Positions 1-9,405 of a DNA stretch of 64,000 nucleotides are shown one piece after another. The notes beneath the pieces were generated by a model that ran no database searches, was not told the DNA's origin, and was given only the letters and a program-made list of their open reading frames with translations. This stretch comes from an uncultured delta proteobacterium. Lineage in GTDB: Bacteria; Myxococcota; Kuafuiibacteriia; Kuafuiibacteriales; Kuafuiibacteriaceae. The number at the start of each line of letters is the position of its first letter. The first letter of the stretch is position 1. Location: positions 128,001-192,000 of the forward strand of contig CAWDML010000009.1 in the NCBI GenBank assembly GCA_963803435.1. The letters run 5' to 3'. Made by a program: the position numbers and the translations under genes.

Positions 1-318
1 GCCTTTGGTCGCCTTGTTCGCGCTCCATAAGGCCAACACGATGCCGACGACCGCGCTCAAGCTGAGCGCGTTCGACGAGCTCGACACCAGCATCTGGAGC
101 TGATCCGCGATCACCGAGCGCGCCTGCTCCGGCAGGACCCGGCCGATCGACCGGATCTGGGTCTCCACGGTCGCCGGATCCGACACCAGACCGTAGATCG
201 ACAGCATGGCCGCCAGCGTCGGGAAGAGCGACAGGAAGGCGTAGAACGCCACGCCGGCGGCGATGAGGGAGAGGTTGTGCTCTTTGATCCGGTGCAACGT
301 CCGAACTGCCACGTTCAC
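1..318 (-). CDS. YihY/virulence factor BrkB family membrane protein (3' end outside window)
   Basis: Manual translation MNVAVRTLHRIKEHNLSLIAAGVAFYAFLSLFP...LALWSANKATKG contains the YihY motif AAxxAFYxxLSLFP. Confidence 0.85.
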   Translation of the reverse strand, partial: MNVAVRTLHRIKEHNLSLIAAGVAFYAFLSLFPTLAAMLSIYGLVSDPATVETQIRSIGRVLPEQARSVIADQLQMLVSSSSNALSLSAVVGIVLALWSANKATKG

Positions 319-331
319 GGCAAACCTCGAT

Positions 332-658
332 TCACACGAGGACCGGGACGTCGCGCGCCAGCGAGGCGAGCAGGAGCCGATGGCGATCGATCCGATGCAC
401 CATCAGGATCGCCACACCCGCGTCGACCGAGCGCACGCGCGCCGTCAGCTCAATGTTGAGCTCGAGGCCGCAGATGCGGAACCGGATCGAGCGGCGCTCC
501 TGGGCCCGGAGGCCGCCGCCCCGAACGGGGAGGACGCCATGGCACAGGTACGTGTCGTAGATGCGTTGATAGTCGCGGTTCGAGTCGATCCGGACCGTCT
601 GACCGTCGTGCTCGAGGAACGGCAGTCGCGCGGGGATCCCGCCAGAGGTCGCTCGCAT
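332..658 (-). CDS. small hypothetical protein, possibly PilZ-like fold
   Basis: ORF fills the gap between co-oriented genes; C-terminal 'IELTARVRSV..GVAI' resembles PilZ strands. Confidence 0.45.
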   Translation of the reverse strand: MRATSGGIPARLPFLEHDGQTVRIDSNRDYQRIYDTYLCHGVLPVRGGGLRAQERRSIRFRICGLELNIELTARVRSVDAGVAILMVHRIDRHRLLLASLARDVPVLV

Positions 659-710
659 GGTTCGATTCGACCGCAAGCGTCGTGCCGGTAGCCGGTGCAG
701 ACCGTGCGCG

Positions 711-2660
711 TCAAGGCGGTCGCGCGCGGAGCCGCGTGCGCGGGCGGCGCTCGACCGTACGCGCGATCAGCAACGCTGAATCGGCGAGATCCTTGAGCGC
801 TGCGCGAGGTGTGACCTTGGCCTTGTTCTCGCGATCGAGGTCCGCGCCTCGGTCGAGCAGGACCGCGGCGACCGGGTTGCTGGCGGCGCGGACCGCCAGG
901 TGCAGCGGCGTATCGCCGGCCTTGTCCATCGCGTTGACCGCTGCGCGCCGATCGAGCAGCGCCGTCACCATCTCGACGTTCGCCGCCGCCACCGCCCAGT
1001 GGAGCGGCGTGGCGTCGTTCGCGTCCTGCAGGTCGACCCGCGCGCCGTGCGAGAGCAGGAGCTTGAGCGCTTTCCCGTCGCCGCCGTCGATGATCTTCTT
1101 CATCTGATCCGCGGTCAGCGTCTTGGCCATGGTCGAGACGTCGTAGGTCGCCTTGGCTCCGTCGATGATCGCTCTCAGCTTCTCGGCCCAGGGGCCCGGC
1201 TCTTCGAGCACGCGCGTGATCTCGCGTTGATCGCGCTCCTTGCAGGCCTCGTCGATGAGCCGGTTGGTATCGGCGTGCGCGTCGACCAGCTCGCGGGCGA
1301 GGGCGCGCTCGAAGTCACGGAACCACTCGAAGGTCGCGTCGCCCAGGCGGCCGGCCAGGCCGGGGAAGGTGTTGGCGACGACGCAGTTCCCCGCGATCTG
1401 CTTGAGCGTCGACCTGCCTCGGGCCCGGTACTCGCTCTCCACCGAATCGCCCGCGCCGGTCGCCTTCTTCACGTCGCTCTTGAACTCGGCGACGCGGGCG
1501 TAGAAGTCTTCCTCGTTCGTCTCGGGGCTGGCGCGCACCAGCAGCACGTCGCGCACGAAGGCCTGGAGCGCTGCGCCGCCCTCGTCAGATTGAAGGTACG
1601 TGGTCGGGACGTGGAACGCGCGGCTGTAGACCTGGCTCCCGTCATGGTCGTGCGCCTTGCTCGAGCCGGCCCCCAGGTTGTCGATCCGGATGAGCAAGGT
1701 GTCCTGCGGATGGCCGGCCTGGCGGTTCGCTTCCACGCGCGTCAGGCCGCAGTAGAACGCGTGGCCCGTCCAGCCGAAGGCGAGCGCGGTCTCGGCGAGC
1801 GGCGGCGCCCGCCCGACGCGGGCCAGCACCTGGCGCGCCTCCAGCGTCATCGCCCTCTCGCGGATCTGCTCCTTGCCGCACTTGCTGGTGGCCGTCGCCC
1901 GACGTGCGGTGCGCAGGAGATCGAGCTGAACCTCGATCTCTCGGATCAGCGACGACCGCATCTCCTTCGGGGCGACCAGGGTGGCCCGCATCAGCGCGCG
2001 GACCCGGTGCGGTACGAACTGATCCTGCCACCAGCCCTCGCTCTTCACGTCGAGGACCATCCCCTTGACGGCCTCGAGGTGCGTCCGATTCTTCACGATG
2101 TCGGCGGGCGTATTGAGCTCGCTGACCGGGATCCCGCACAGGCCGGCTGCGGCCTCGTCGATCGCGGCGGCCGCCTTGCCGGCGAGCCCGGCCAGCTTCG
2201 CTTCGATCTCTGCGGTCGAGTACCAGCTCCCCTCGTCGTCCGTCTGTGCGAGCGCATGCTCGAAGAGGAACTGCGCCGTCTTCGGGTGCTTCTCGGCGGC
2301 CAGATGACCGCCGAGGAGACCCCGCCGGTTGCTCGCCAGATGATCGGGGTGAAACTCCTCGAGGGCCTCGGCCACCATGACCGCGCCCTTGGCGGCGATG
2401 ACGTGGATCGGCGCGTCGCCGTCGGCGTTCTTCGCGTTCACCTCGGCCGGCCGGGCTTTCAGGTGACGCCGGAGCCCGCGGGTGTCGTACTGCTCGATGA
2501 GCCGGTGGACCTCCGGGCCGGCCGCCGCTGCCTTCTTCTTCGCGCCGTTGACCCGGTCGTAGCCGTCCCGGCGCCGGGCCTTCTTCTTCTTGGGCGGATC
2601 GCCGCCCTCGAGAGAGACGAGGCGGGTGCCCCGCGCGCGAGCTGCGGCGGTCCCGGTCAC
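711..2660 (-). CDS. ankyrin-repeat protein with central putative cysteine-protease-like domain
   Basis: Ankyrin motifs (GDAPIHVIA; ATPLHWAV; GDTPLHLAV) at both ends; central GWTGHAF...IDNLGAG...QIAGNCVVAN. Confidence 0.8.
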   Translation of the reverse strand: MTGTAAARARGTRLVSLEGGDPPKKKKARRRDGYDRVNGAKKKAAAAGPEVHRLIEQYDTRGLRRHLKARPAEVNAKNADGDAPIHVIAAKGAVMVAEALEEFHPDHLASNRRGLLGGHLAAEKHPKTAQFLFEHALAQTDDEGSWYSTAEIEAKLAGLAGKAAAAIDEAAAGLCGIPVSELNTPADIVKNRTHLEAVKGMVLDVKSEGWWQDQFVPHRVRALMRATLVAPKEMRSSLIREIEVQLDLLRTARRATATSKCGKEQIRERAMTLEARQVLARVGRAPPLAETALAFGWTGHAFYCGLTRVEANRQAGHPQDTLLIRIDNLGAGSSKAHDHDGSQVYSRAFHVPTTYLQSDEGGAALQAFVRDVLLVRASPETNEEDFYARVAEFKSDVKKATGAGDSVESEYRARGRSTLKQIAGNCVVANTFPGLAGRLGDATFEWFRDFERALARELVDAHADTNRLIDEACKERDQREITRVLEEPGPWAEKLRAIIDGAKATYDVSTMAKTLTADQMKKIIDGGDGKALKLLLSHGARVDLQDANDATPLHWAVAAANVEMVTALLDRRAAVNAMDKAGDTPLHLAVRAASNPVAAVLLDRGADLDRENKAKVTPRAALKDLADSALLIARTVERRPRTRLRARPP

Positions 2661-2720
2661 AGCTCGTTATCGGCGCACGGCCCTGGACATTGCGTGACGT
2701 CGGTCATCCGGCGGAGCCGG

Positions 2721-4913
2721 CTATTCGAGGAGGAAGCGCAGCGTATGGGCGCCGATCAGCGCGTCGTGGCGGAGGGTCCCGCCTTCGATCGGCTGGCCGT
2801 CGAGCTCCACGCGAACAGGGGATCCGGTGCCCTCGCGGGTCACGACCAGGGTCCCGCCGGCGAGGTCGAGCTCCATCCGATCGAAGCGTGGCACGCCCAG
2901 GACGTAGCGATCGCTGCCGGCGATCGGATAGAAGCCGGCCGCCGAGAACACGTACCACGCGGAGAGGGTGCCGCCGTCGTCGTTGCCATCGAGGCCGTCC
3001 GGTCCGGCGCGATACTTCGAGTCCATGATCCAGCGGACCCAGCGCGCGGTGAGATCGGGTCGACCCAGCTCCGAGAACATGTACGCGGCGTGGATGTCGA
3101 CCTCGTTGCCGTGCCAGTACCAGAGATCCGGGAAGATGGTGTCCTCAGCGGCGGCGGCGTTCTCGAAGAAGCCGCTGAGATAGTCGATCAGGCGATCGGG
3201 ACCGCCCATCGCCTCGCCGAGCCCTTGCACGTCGTACGGGACGTAGACGGTCCACTGGCGTGCGTTGCCCTCGACGAACTCGTCCGAGAAGAGCTCGGGA
3301 TCGAAGTCCGGATCGAAGTCGCCGGCGCTGGTCTTCGCCTGCGTGAAGCCGGTGTCGGCGTTGAAGACCTTGCGCCATCCCTGGGCGCGCGCGTGGAAGC
3401 GTTCGGCGTCGTCGGTTCGGTCCAGCGAGACCGCCAGGTTCCCCAGCATCCAGTCGTTGTATGCGTTCTCGAGCGTGTCGGAGGTCGACTCTTCACCCCA
3501 ATCCGCCGGGCAGTACCCGAGCGACAGATAGCTGTCGATGCACTCGCGCCCGGCCCGGGTCACGCCCTGAGCCTCAATCGGCCCGTCGGCGGCCGCCACC
3601 AGGTGGGCGTACATGGCGTCGACGTCGAAGCCGCCGACACCGCGCAGGTGCGCGTCAATCAGCATCGACTCGCCGTGATTGCCGAGCATCGCCCAGGTGT
3701 TCCCGTGCGCGAGAGGCCAGCGCGGGAGGTGCCCGCCGTCCTCCAGCATGCGCGCCAGCGATCGGTTGAAGCGCTCCTGGATCGCCGGCGTGAGCAGCGA
3801 GAACAGCGGGTGCGCGGTGCGGAACGTGTCCCAGAGGGAGAAGTCCGAGTAGTACGGGAAGTCGACCTCGCCGACCTTTCCGCCGACGCCACGATAGCGG
3901 CCGTCGGGATCGGAGAGCAGCGTCGGCATCTGATACGCATGATAGAGGGCCGAGTAGAGCTCGGTCCGATCGGCGTCGCTGCCGCCTTCGACGCGGACCT
4001 TGGAGAGGATCGTGTCGCGCCAGGCCTCCCGAGCTTCGGCGGTGGTCTTCTCGAAGTCGAAGTCGGCCCACTCGGCGTCGAGGGCGCGCCGGGCGCTGGC
4101 CTCGTCGACGAACGACAGCCCAATCTGCACGAGCACCGGAGCGCCCGGCTCGCCGAAGTCGAGGAGCGCGGCGCTGGTCGGGCCGGTCACCGCGCTGGCG
4201 CCGGGGACCTCGGCGGTCTCCGAGAACACGCGGACGCTCGGCGTGGCGGAGAAGCGCATCGCGAAGTAGAGCGAGAAGCCGCCGTAACGGCCGCTGAGAA
4301 TCGCCCGCGTGGAGGAGGTAGCCGACCAGCGCGCCGTCGGTGAACGCGAGCCGCGCGTCCTTCGTCTCCCCCCGCCCAGCCCGTGGGCGAGGTCGACGAC
4401 CAGCCCGGCGGGTCGCCCCGCGGGATAGCCGAGCCGATAGAGCGCCGTCCGGGGCGTGGCGGTGATCTCGACCTCCACGTCGCTGTCGAGGAGGTGCACG
4501 GCGTACGCGCCCACCGACGCGTGCTCCAGGTGGTGATCGAAGCGGTCGCGATAGAAGCGCTCCTTGAGCGCGCCGTCGAGCGCCTTCGTCACCGGCATGA
4601 TCATCAGCGCGCCGTAGTCGGGCACGCCGGTTCCGGAGAGATGGATCTGGGAGAAGCCGCGGATCTGATCGTCCTCGTAGTAGTAGCCGGCGCAGTGCGA
4701 GAAGCCGGGCGCGCCGCCGTTCCGGGCGGTGTCGGGCGCGGGGTTCGCGAGCCCGAAGGGGTGCTTCGGTCCAGGGACGATGCTGCCCACGCCGAAGCCG
4801 AGCCCGCCGGTCCCGATGAAGGGATCGACCGCGGTGAGCGGATCGAAGGCCGTGCTCGTGTCGGGATCGCTGCAGGCGAAGAGGAGGAGGGGGAGGGCGA
4901 CTTCAGGGCGCAT
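2721..4913 (-). CDS. GH92 family alpha-1,2-mannosidase lipoprotein
   Basis: Lipobox LLFAC; VDPFIGTGG, FSQIHLSGTG, FSLWDTFRT, EGNARQW, GNE, GNDDGGTLSAWYVFS motifs; compensating frameshift pair near 4295-4370. Confidence 0.92.
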   Translation of the reverse strand: MRPEVALPLLLFACSDPDTSTAFDPLTAVDPFIGTGGLGFGVGSIVPGPKHPFGLANPAPDTARNGGAPGFSHCAGYYYEDDQIRGFSQIHLSGTGVPDYGALMIMPVTKALDGALKERFYRDRFDHHLEHASVGAYAVHLLDSDVEVEITATPRTALYRLGYPAGRPAGLVVDLAHGLGGGRRRTRGSRSPTARWSATSSTRAILSGRYGGFSLYFAMRFSATPSVRVFSETAEVPGASAVTGPTSAALLDFGEPGAPVLVQIGLSFVDEASARRALDAEWADFDFEKTTAEAREAWRDTILSKVRVEGGSDADRTELYSALYHAYQMPTLLSDPDGRYRGVGGKVGEVDFPYYSDFSLWDTFRTAHPLFSLLTPAIQERFNRSLARMLEDGGHLPRWPLAHGNTWAMLGNHGESMLIDAHLRGVGGFDVDAMYAHLVAAADGPIEAQGVTRAGRECIDSYLSLGYCPADWGEESTSDTLENAYNDWMLGNLAVSLDRTDDAERFHARAQGWRKVFNADTGFTQAKTSAGDFDPDFDPELFSDEFVEGNARQWTVYVPYDVQGLGEAMGGPDRLIDYLSGFFENAAAAEDTIFPDLWYWHGNEVDIHAAYMFSELGRPDLTARWVRWIMDSKYRAGPDGLDGNDDGGTLSAWYVFSAAGFYPIAGSDRYVLGVPRFDRMELDLAGGTLVVTREGTGSPVRVELDGQPIEGGTLRHDALIGAHTLRFLLE

Positions 4914-5646
4914 GGCTTCGCTCGAAGAAGGCGGTCCCTCCCACGGTCATGATGGAGCGGCCGCCGTCGACGAAGCGTGAACGATGCCAGAAGTTTCGGG
5001 GATCCGACATCAGCTCGATGGCTCGCTTTTCGCCACCGATCTCCCGAATCTCGGTGGTCTGGTCCTCGTGGCGTTCGAGGAAGGAGAGTTGGATCACCCC
5101 CTCCTTTCGCACATACGAGAAGGCCTCGGTGCTCCATTCGTCGAAGTCGCCCTGGTGGTACCAGCCGTGTCCGCGTCCGCCCGCGTCGGGCGGCTGGAAC
5201 TGATAGATCCGGAACGCCATCCCCCCCGTGGCGAACGTCCGGGTCTCGGTCCACATGCGCGCGAAGGGATGATCGCCGGCGAGCGCGCCTGGGAGCGGGC
5301 CCTCGAGCTTTCGGTAGCGCGTGGGACCGGGCTCCCGCGGATCGTTGTCGAGGCAGAGCCAGCGCTGTCCGCCGTCGCGCTCGAGCCGGAAGGCGACCCG
5401 ATCGGTCTCACCGGTCTTGCGGAACTGGAGGACCAGCGCGCCGTCGTCGATGCGGTAGTCGTACGAGTGCGTGTTGTTGAGACGGCGGCGGCCGTAGCGA
5501 TAGAGCCCGATGCCACCGGAGTGGAAGTAGTAGAAGCGGAGCTCCCCGTGGGTGCTCTCCTTGAGCCAAAGGCCGCGGAGGTCGGGGGCCTGGAACGAGC
5601 CGAAGGTGGTGAAGGCGGTGAGGGCGGTGAGCAGCGTGAGGCTCAT
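4903..5646 (-). CDS. exported hypothetical protein with two similar beta-rich halves
   Basis: Signal-like N-terminus; halves LRGLW..FYYF..GLYRYG and FARMW..IYQF..GWYHQG. Confidence 0.65.
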   Translation of the reverse strand: MSLTLLTALTAFTTFGSFQAPDLRGLWLKESTHGELRFYYFHSGGIGLYRYGRRRLNNTHSYDYRIDDGALVLQFRKTGETDRVAFRLERDGGQRWLCLDNDPREPGPTRYRKLEGPLPGALAGDHPFARMWTETRTFATGGMAFRIYQFQPPDAGGRGHGWYHQGDFDEWSTEAFSYVRKEGVIQLSFLERHEDQTTEIREIGGEKRAIELMSDPRNFWHRSRFVDGGRSIMTVGGTAFFERSHAP

Positions 5647-5658
5647 GCCCTCAGCGTA

Positions 5659-6429
5659 TCATCCGATCGCCTGCACCTTCTGCTTCTCGCGCTCCTCGAG
5701 GACCCGGTGGATATACTTCACGCCGTTGTCGAAGCAGTTCTGCATCATGTCGCTGAGCAGCGACTCCATCGACTTCTTGTTGAGGCGCAGCGTGTCGTAA
5801 TAGCGCTGGCGCTCCGTGGCGTGGAAGATCACCGGCATGTAGCCGTGGCGAAGCAGGATGTAGTTCACCAGCAACCGCCCGGTCTTCCCGGTGTGCTCCG
5901 AGAACGGGAAGATGCTCATGTACTCCCAGTGGAACTGCGCCGCGAAATGCATGGCGTCGTCGTCCTCGGGATCGTTCTCGGCGGCCCAATCCAGGAGCTT
6001 CGCGATCCGGCTGGGGATGGCGTTCGGCTGGGCGATGTCGTGGAAGTAAGCCCGGTGTAGCGGGATGTCCTTCCGGTAGCGGGCCGGTTGGAACTCGGGA
6101 TCGCTGCTGCCCAGCACGGCGTGGATCCGCCGAACCAGGGCCATGTCGATCCGGCTCCCTTCCTTCGCCTCCCGCTTGATCAGCTCGATCCCCAGCCTCT
6201 GGTTGCGGATATCCGCATAGGTTTCGGGCGCCAAGGGTCGCCCTTTGAGCGCGGAGGTGAGCTCCGCGTGTGTGAGTACGATGCCCTCCAAGGCGTTCTC
6301 GTGGTAAATCCACGAAAGCTCGAACTTATCGAGAAAGTCGTTCCAGATATCCGGGTACTCCCCCGCGAGGTCTCGAAGATCTTCACAGCGATCGTCGATG
6401 TCCCGGTAGCTCTCCCGCGTCATCCCCAT
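5659..6429 (-). CDS. Fic family protein with non-canonical motif
   Basis: WIYHENALEG N-terminal motif and IFPFSEHTGKTGRLL in place of HPFxDGNGRxxR. Confidence 0.88.
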   Translation of the reverse strand: MGMTRESYRDIDDRCEDLRDLAGEYPDIWNDFLDKFELSWIYHENALEGIVLTHAELTSALKGRPLAPETYADIRNQRLGIELIKREAKEGSRIDMALVRRIHAVLGSSDPEFQPARYRKDIPLHRAYFHDIAQPNAIPSRIAKLLDWAAENDPEDDDAMHFAAQFHWEYMSIFPFSEHTGKTGRLLVNYILLRHGYMPVIFHATERQRYYDTLRLNKKSMESLLSDMMQNCFDNGVKYIHRVLEEREKQKVQAIG

Positions 6430-6896
6430 TGAGTGATCTCCCCAAGTATGCGGCGCCCGCACTGTTTCACGGTGTCTCCCACCGGAGGTCCGTGACCATA
6501 AGAGCGCGATCTCACGATACGGATCTGCGATATCGAGCGCGTTGAATACCTGTCAACTGAGGCACCAGGCACCGCTGTAGCCACTATGTCCTACATGTAA
6601 GCGCCTGAACTCGTTGCTAAATCCCTTGCCGTCCGTGAAACACTCACCTGGACCTAAAAGGCTGTTCAGGGAGCCCATTTGCCACGATAATCCACAAACT
6701 TAGGATGGTACGACAAACGTCGTACGCCTGTTCGGAGCACTCCACCGCCGACGTTCCACTGTTTCCCCGCGCACCCCGAAAGCTATGGGTTTGTGGTGCG
6801 GATTCCCAGGTTTCGCCACATGAAGCGACCCGAAATTTTTTTCATTTTTTTCGGGTTGAAGTTCGATCTCGGCGCCTCGGTTGGGCGCAGCCGACC

Positions 6897-7814
6897 TCAG
6901 ACGGAGGTCAGCCAGCTCTCATGCTTCCGGTTCTCACCGCGGACCACCTGGAAGAACGAGCGTTGCACCCGCTCGGTGATGGGACCGCGTGCCCCGCCTC
7001 CGATCGTGCGCCCGTCGATCTCGCGCACCGGCGTCACCTCGGCGGCGGTACCGGAGAAAAAGATCTCGTCGGCGAAGAAGAGATCGCTGCGCGTCAGCAT
7101 TCCTTCCTCGACGTCGATGCCCTCGTCGTGCGCGAGCTCGATGACGGTGTCGCGGGTGATGCCTGCGAGGATCGAGGTGCCGTACGGCGGTGTGTAGATC
7201 TTGTTCTTGCGGACGATGAACAGATTTTCGCCGGTTCCCTCGGTCACGTAGCCCTGCTGGTCGAGCAGGATCGCCTCGACGTAACCGTTGCGCTTGGCGT
7301 CGCGCTTCGCCAGCACGCCGTTCACGTACTGGCCCACGATCTTCGCCTTCACCAGGTTTGCGCCCACGCTCATGCGCGAATAGTTCGACATGCACACGCG
7401 CACGCCTTGCTCGAGCGCCTCCTGCCCGAGGTATGCGCCCCACGGCCAGGCGGCGATCGCGACGTGCACGACGTTGTCGGTGGAGCCGACCGAGAGCGAG
7501 CCCTCTCCCAGCCACACCAGCGGACGGATGTAGCAATCCGCATACTGATTCTCGCGGATCACGGCGAGGATGCCTTCACAGATCTGCTGGACCGTGTACG
7601 GGATGTCGATCGTGGCGGCGAGGCACGACTTCATCAGCCGCTCGACGTGATCGTGCATGCGGAACACCGCGGGGCGGCCGCTCTTCGTCTTGTAGCAGCG
7701 GATCCCCTCGAAGGTTCCGAGCCCGTAGTGCAGCGTGAAGCTCAGGACGTGCGTGGTGGCCTTCTCGTAGTCCACCATCTCGCCGTCCATCCAGATCCGC
7801 TTGGTATCGACCAT
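6897..7814 (-). CDS. ilvE: branched-chain amino acid aminotransferase
   Basis: IWMDGEMV, LHYGLGTFEGIRCY, YIRPL, KAK..GQY.N, EGTGENLF, ILAGITR, GTAAEVTPVREID. Confidence 0.96.
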   Translation of the reverse strand: MVDTKRIWMDGEMVDYEKATTHVLSFTLHYGLGTFEGIRCYKTKSGRPAVFRMHDHVERLMKSCLAATIDIPYTVQQICEGILAVIRENQYADCYIRPLVWLGEGSLSVGSTDNVVHVAIAAWPWGAYLGQEALEQGVRVCMSNYSRMSVGANLVKAKIVGQYVNGVLAKRDAKRNGYVEAILLDQQGYVTEGTGENLFIVRKNKIYTPPYGTSILAGITRDTVIELAHDEGIDVEEGMLTRSDLFFADEIFFSGTAAEVTPVREIDGRTIGGGARGPITERVQRSFFQVVRGENRKHESWLTSV

Positions 7815-7870
7815 CCGCTCCATCGATCCGGGTTGGCCCCCGATGGTCAACCATTCTTTCGAGAGACGGC

Positions 7871-9307
7871 TCAGAGGGGCGGTAGAGGCTCGAGCATCTT
7901 CTGGATGAAGGGTGCCTCTTTGAGGAACTCCTCCCGTCCATTCTTGATGGCGAGCTCCAGGCTGCGGAGGCGGGGCACCAGCGAGGTCGGGGACAGCACG
8001 CGCCGATACGTGAAGAGCAGATGGGCGAAAGGTGCGTCGCGCGACACATTCTCCGCCGCGATGCGTTGCAGCGGGAGGAACAGCATGTTGCGGCCGATCT
8101 GCGGCGCGAAGCAGTCGAGCCCGAGGACGAAGGCGTTCCGCGTCTTGATCCCGCCCGACTGCACGTGCTCCCACGCGAAGCGCGCAGGGACGTTGGACGA
8201 GATCCCGCCGTCGGCGAGCGCGTCGACGTTGTGAGTGGAGAGGATCTGCTGCACGAGCGCGTGCATGCGCGGGTCCTCGCGATGGATGTCGTACTGGATC
8301 ACCGCGGGAACCGAGGCGGAGAAGCCGACGGCGTCGAGGACGTCGAACTGGCGGGTGGCTTCGTCGATCCCGAGCGCGATCGGTCGGAGCGCACCGGCGG
8401 TCGCCATCAGCCGCGACAGGAAGACGGCCATGTTCTTCACCAGGTCCTTGAGGTGGAGCAGCCGGCCGAGCGCACCGCGCCGCAGCTCCTGCCGGAACAT
8501 GGCCTCGTAGTCCTTGACCTCCTGCGCCAGCGAACGCTGCACGCCGGTCACCACCACGATGAACGGGATCGGAAGATCGCCGATGCGCATCCCTTCGCCG
8601 TCGTCGCGCGTGAAGAAGCGGGCCAGCGAGGTGCGGAGATAGAGGCGGAGCGTGCCGGGCATCGCGTAGCGACAATCGGTGTCGAGGATCCGGAAGAGCC
8701 GCTTGAAGGTGAGGCCGTGCGTCACGGCGCGCACCGTGGAGTCGCGGAAGTGAGGCTCGCGTGCGCGAAACGATCCGAGGATGGAGCCGATGCTGCTGCC
8801 GATGATCAGCTTGGGCTGGAGCGCCAGTTGCTCGAGCACACTGAAGACACCCAGGTGCACATAGCCACATCCACCGCCGCCGCCGACCGCCATCACGAGC
8901 GCTTTCTCGGAGAGCTCGCGATCGAGATCGCTCTTGGTGAGGCGGCCGAGGTGCGCGTGGAGGACCTCCTCCTTTTCGGCCTTGAGCAAACCGGCGAGCT
9001 GATCGGCGTCATTGGCGAAGTCTCGAGGATCGAGATCCGCCTGCTTTCCCATCGCCTCCGCGAGTGGACGCAGCCGATCTCGGAACTGACCGAGCTGTGG
9101 TCCGACGACACACTCGGCACCACCACCGTTGATGATCCAGCAGCGCGCGAGGTTGAGGCTCTGCCTCAGGATGATCTCGTGCGTGCGCCCGATTCGATCG
9201 GGGCGCTTCACCAGACCTCGAACGAGCGACGTCTCGGCGCGATCGAAGGTCCGGAGCTGCCGATACCTTTCGGCCAGATCTGGTCGCACGTCGGGCGGGA
9301 TCGCCAA
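7871..9307 (-). CDS. patatin-like phospholipase
   Basis: GGGGGCG oxyanion loop, GSSIG nucleophile, DGG motif. Confidence 0.9.
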   Translation of the reverse strand: MAIPPDVRPDLAERYRQLRTFDRAETSLVRGLVKRPDRIGRTHEIILRQSLNLARCWIINGGGAECVVGPQLGQFRDRLRPLAEAMGKQADLDPRDFANDADQLAGLLKAEKEEVLHAHLGRLTKSDLDRELSEKALVMAVGGGGGCGYVHLGVFSVLEQLALQPKLIIGSSIGSILGSFRAREPHFRDSTVRAVTHGLTFKRLFRILDTDCRYAMPGTLRLYLRTSLARFFTRDDGEGMRIGDLPIPFIVVVTGVQRSLAQEVKDYEAMFRQELRRGALGRLLHLKDLVKNMAVFLSRLMATAGALRPIALGIDEATRQFDVLDAVGFSASVPAVIQYDIHREDPRMHALVQQILSTHNVDALADGGISSNVPARFAWEHVQSGGIKTRNAFVLGLDCFAPQIGRNMLFLPLQRIAAENVSRDAPFAHLLFTYRRVLSPTSLVPRLRSLELAIKNGREEFLKEAPFIQKMLEPLPPL

Positions 9308-9405
9308 CGATCGGAAAATACGGCCCGGTCCGGGGCCGTCGCAACCGAGGGGAAAGCGAGGGTGGGCCGCTGCACGGGCCGAGGTTATGCTGGCCGGCGC
9401 TCGGC

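Noticed and set aside
900-4343. 1147-aa plus-strand ORF and similar long antisense ORFs (18879-22823, 25347-28082, 54942-57647, 58178-60154)
   Set aside because: Shadow ORFs opposite well-supported genes, expected in high-GC DNA, with no motifs. Only the 18879-19886 part of the second is a real gene.
6613-6632. Possible sigma54 site on the minus strand upstream of fic
   Set aside because: GG-to-GC spacing is 11 nt, not the required 10.
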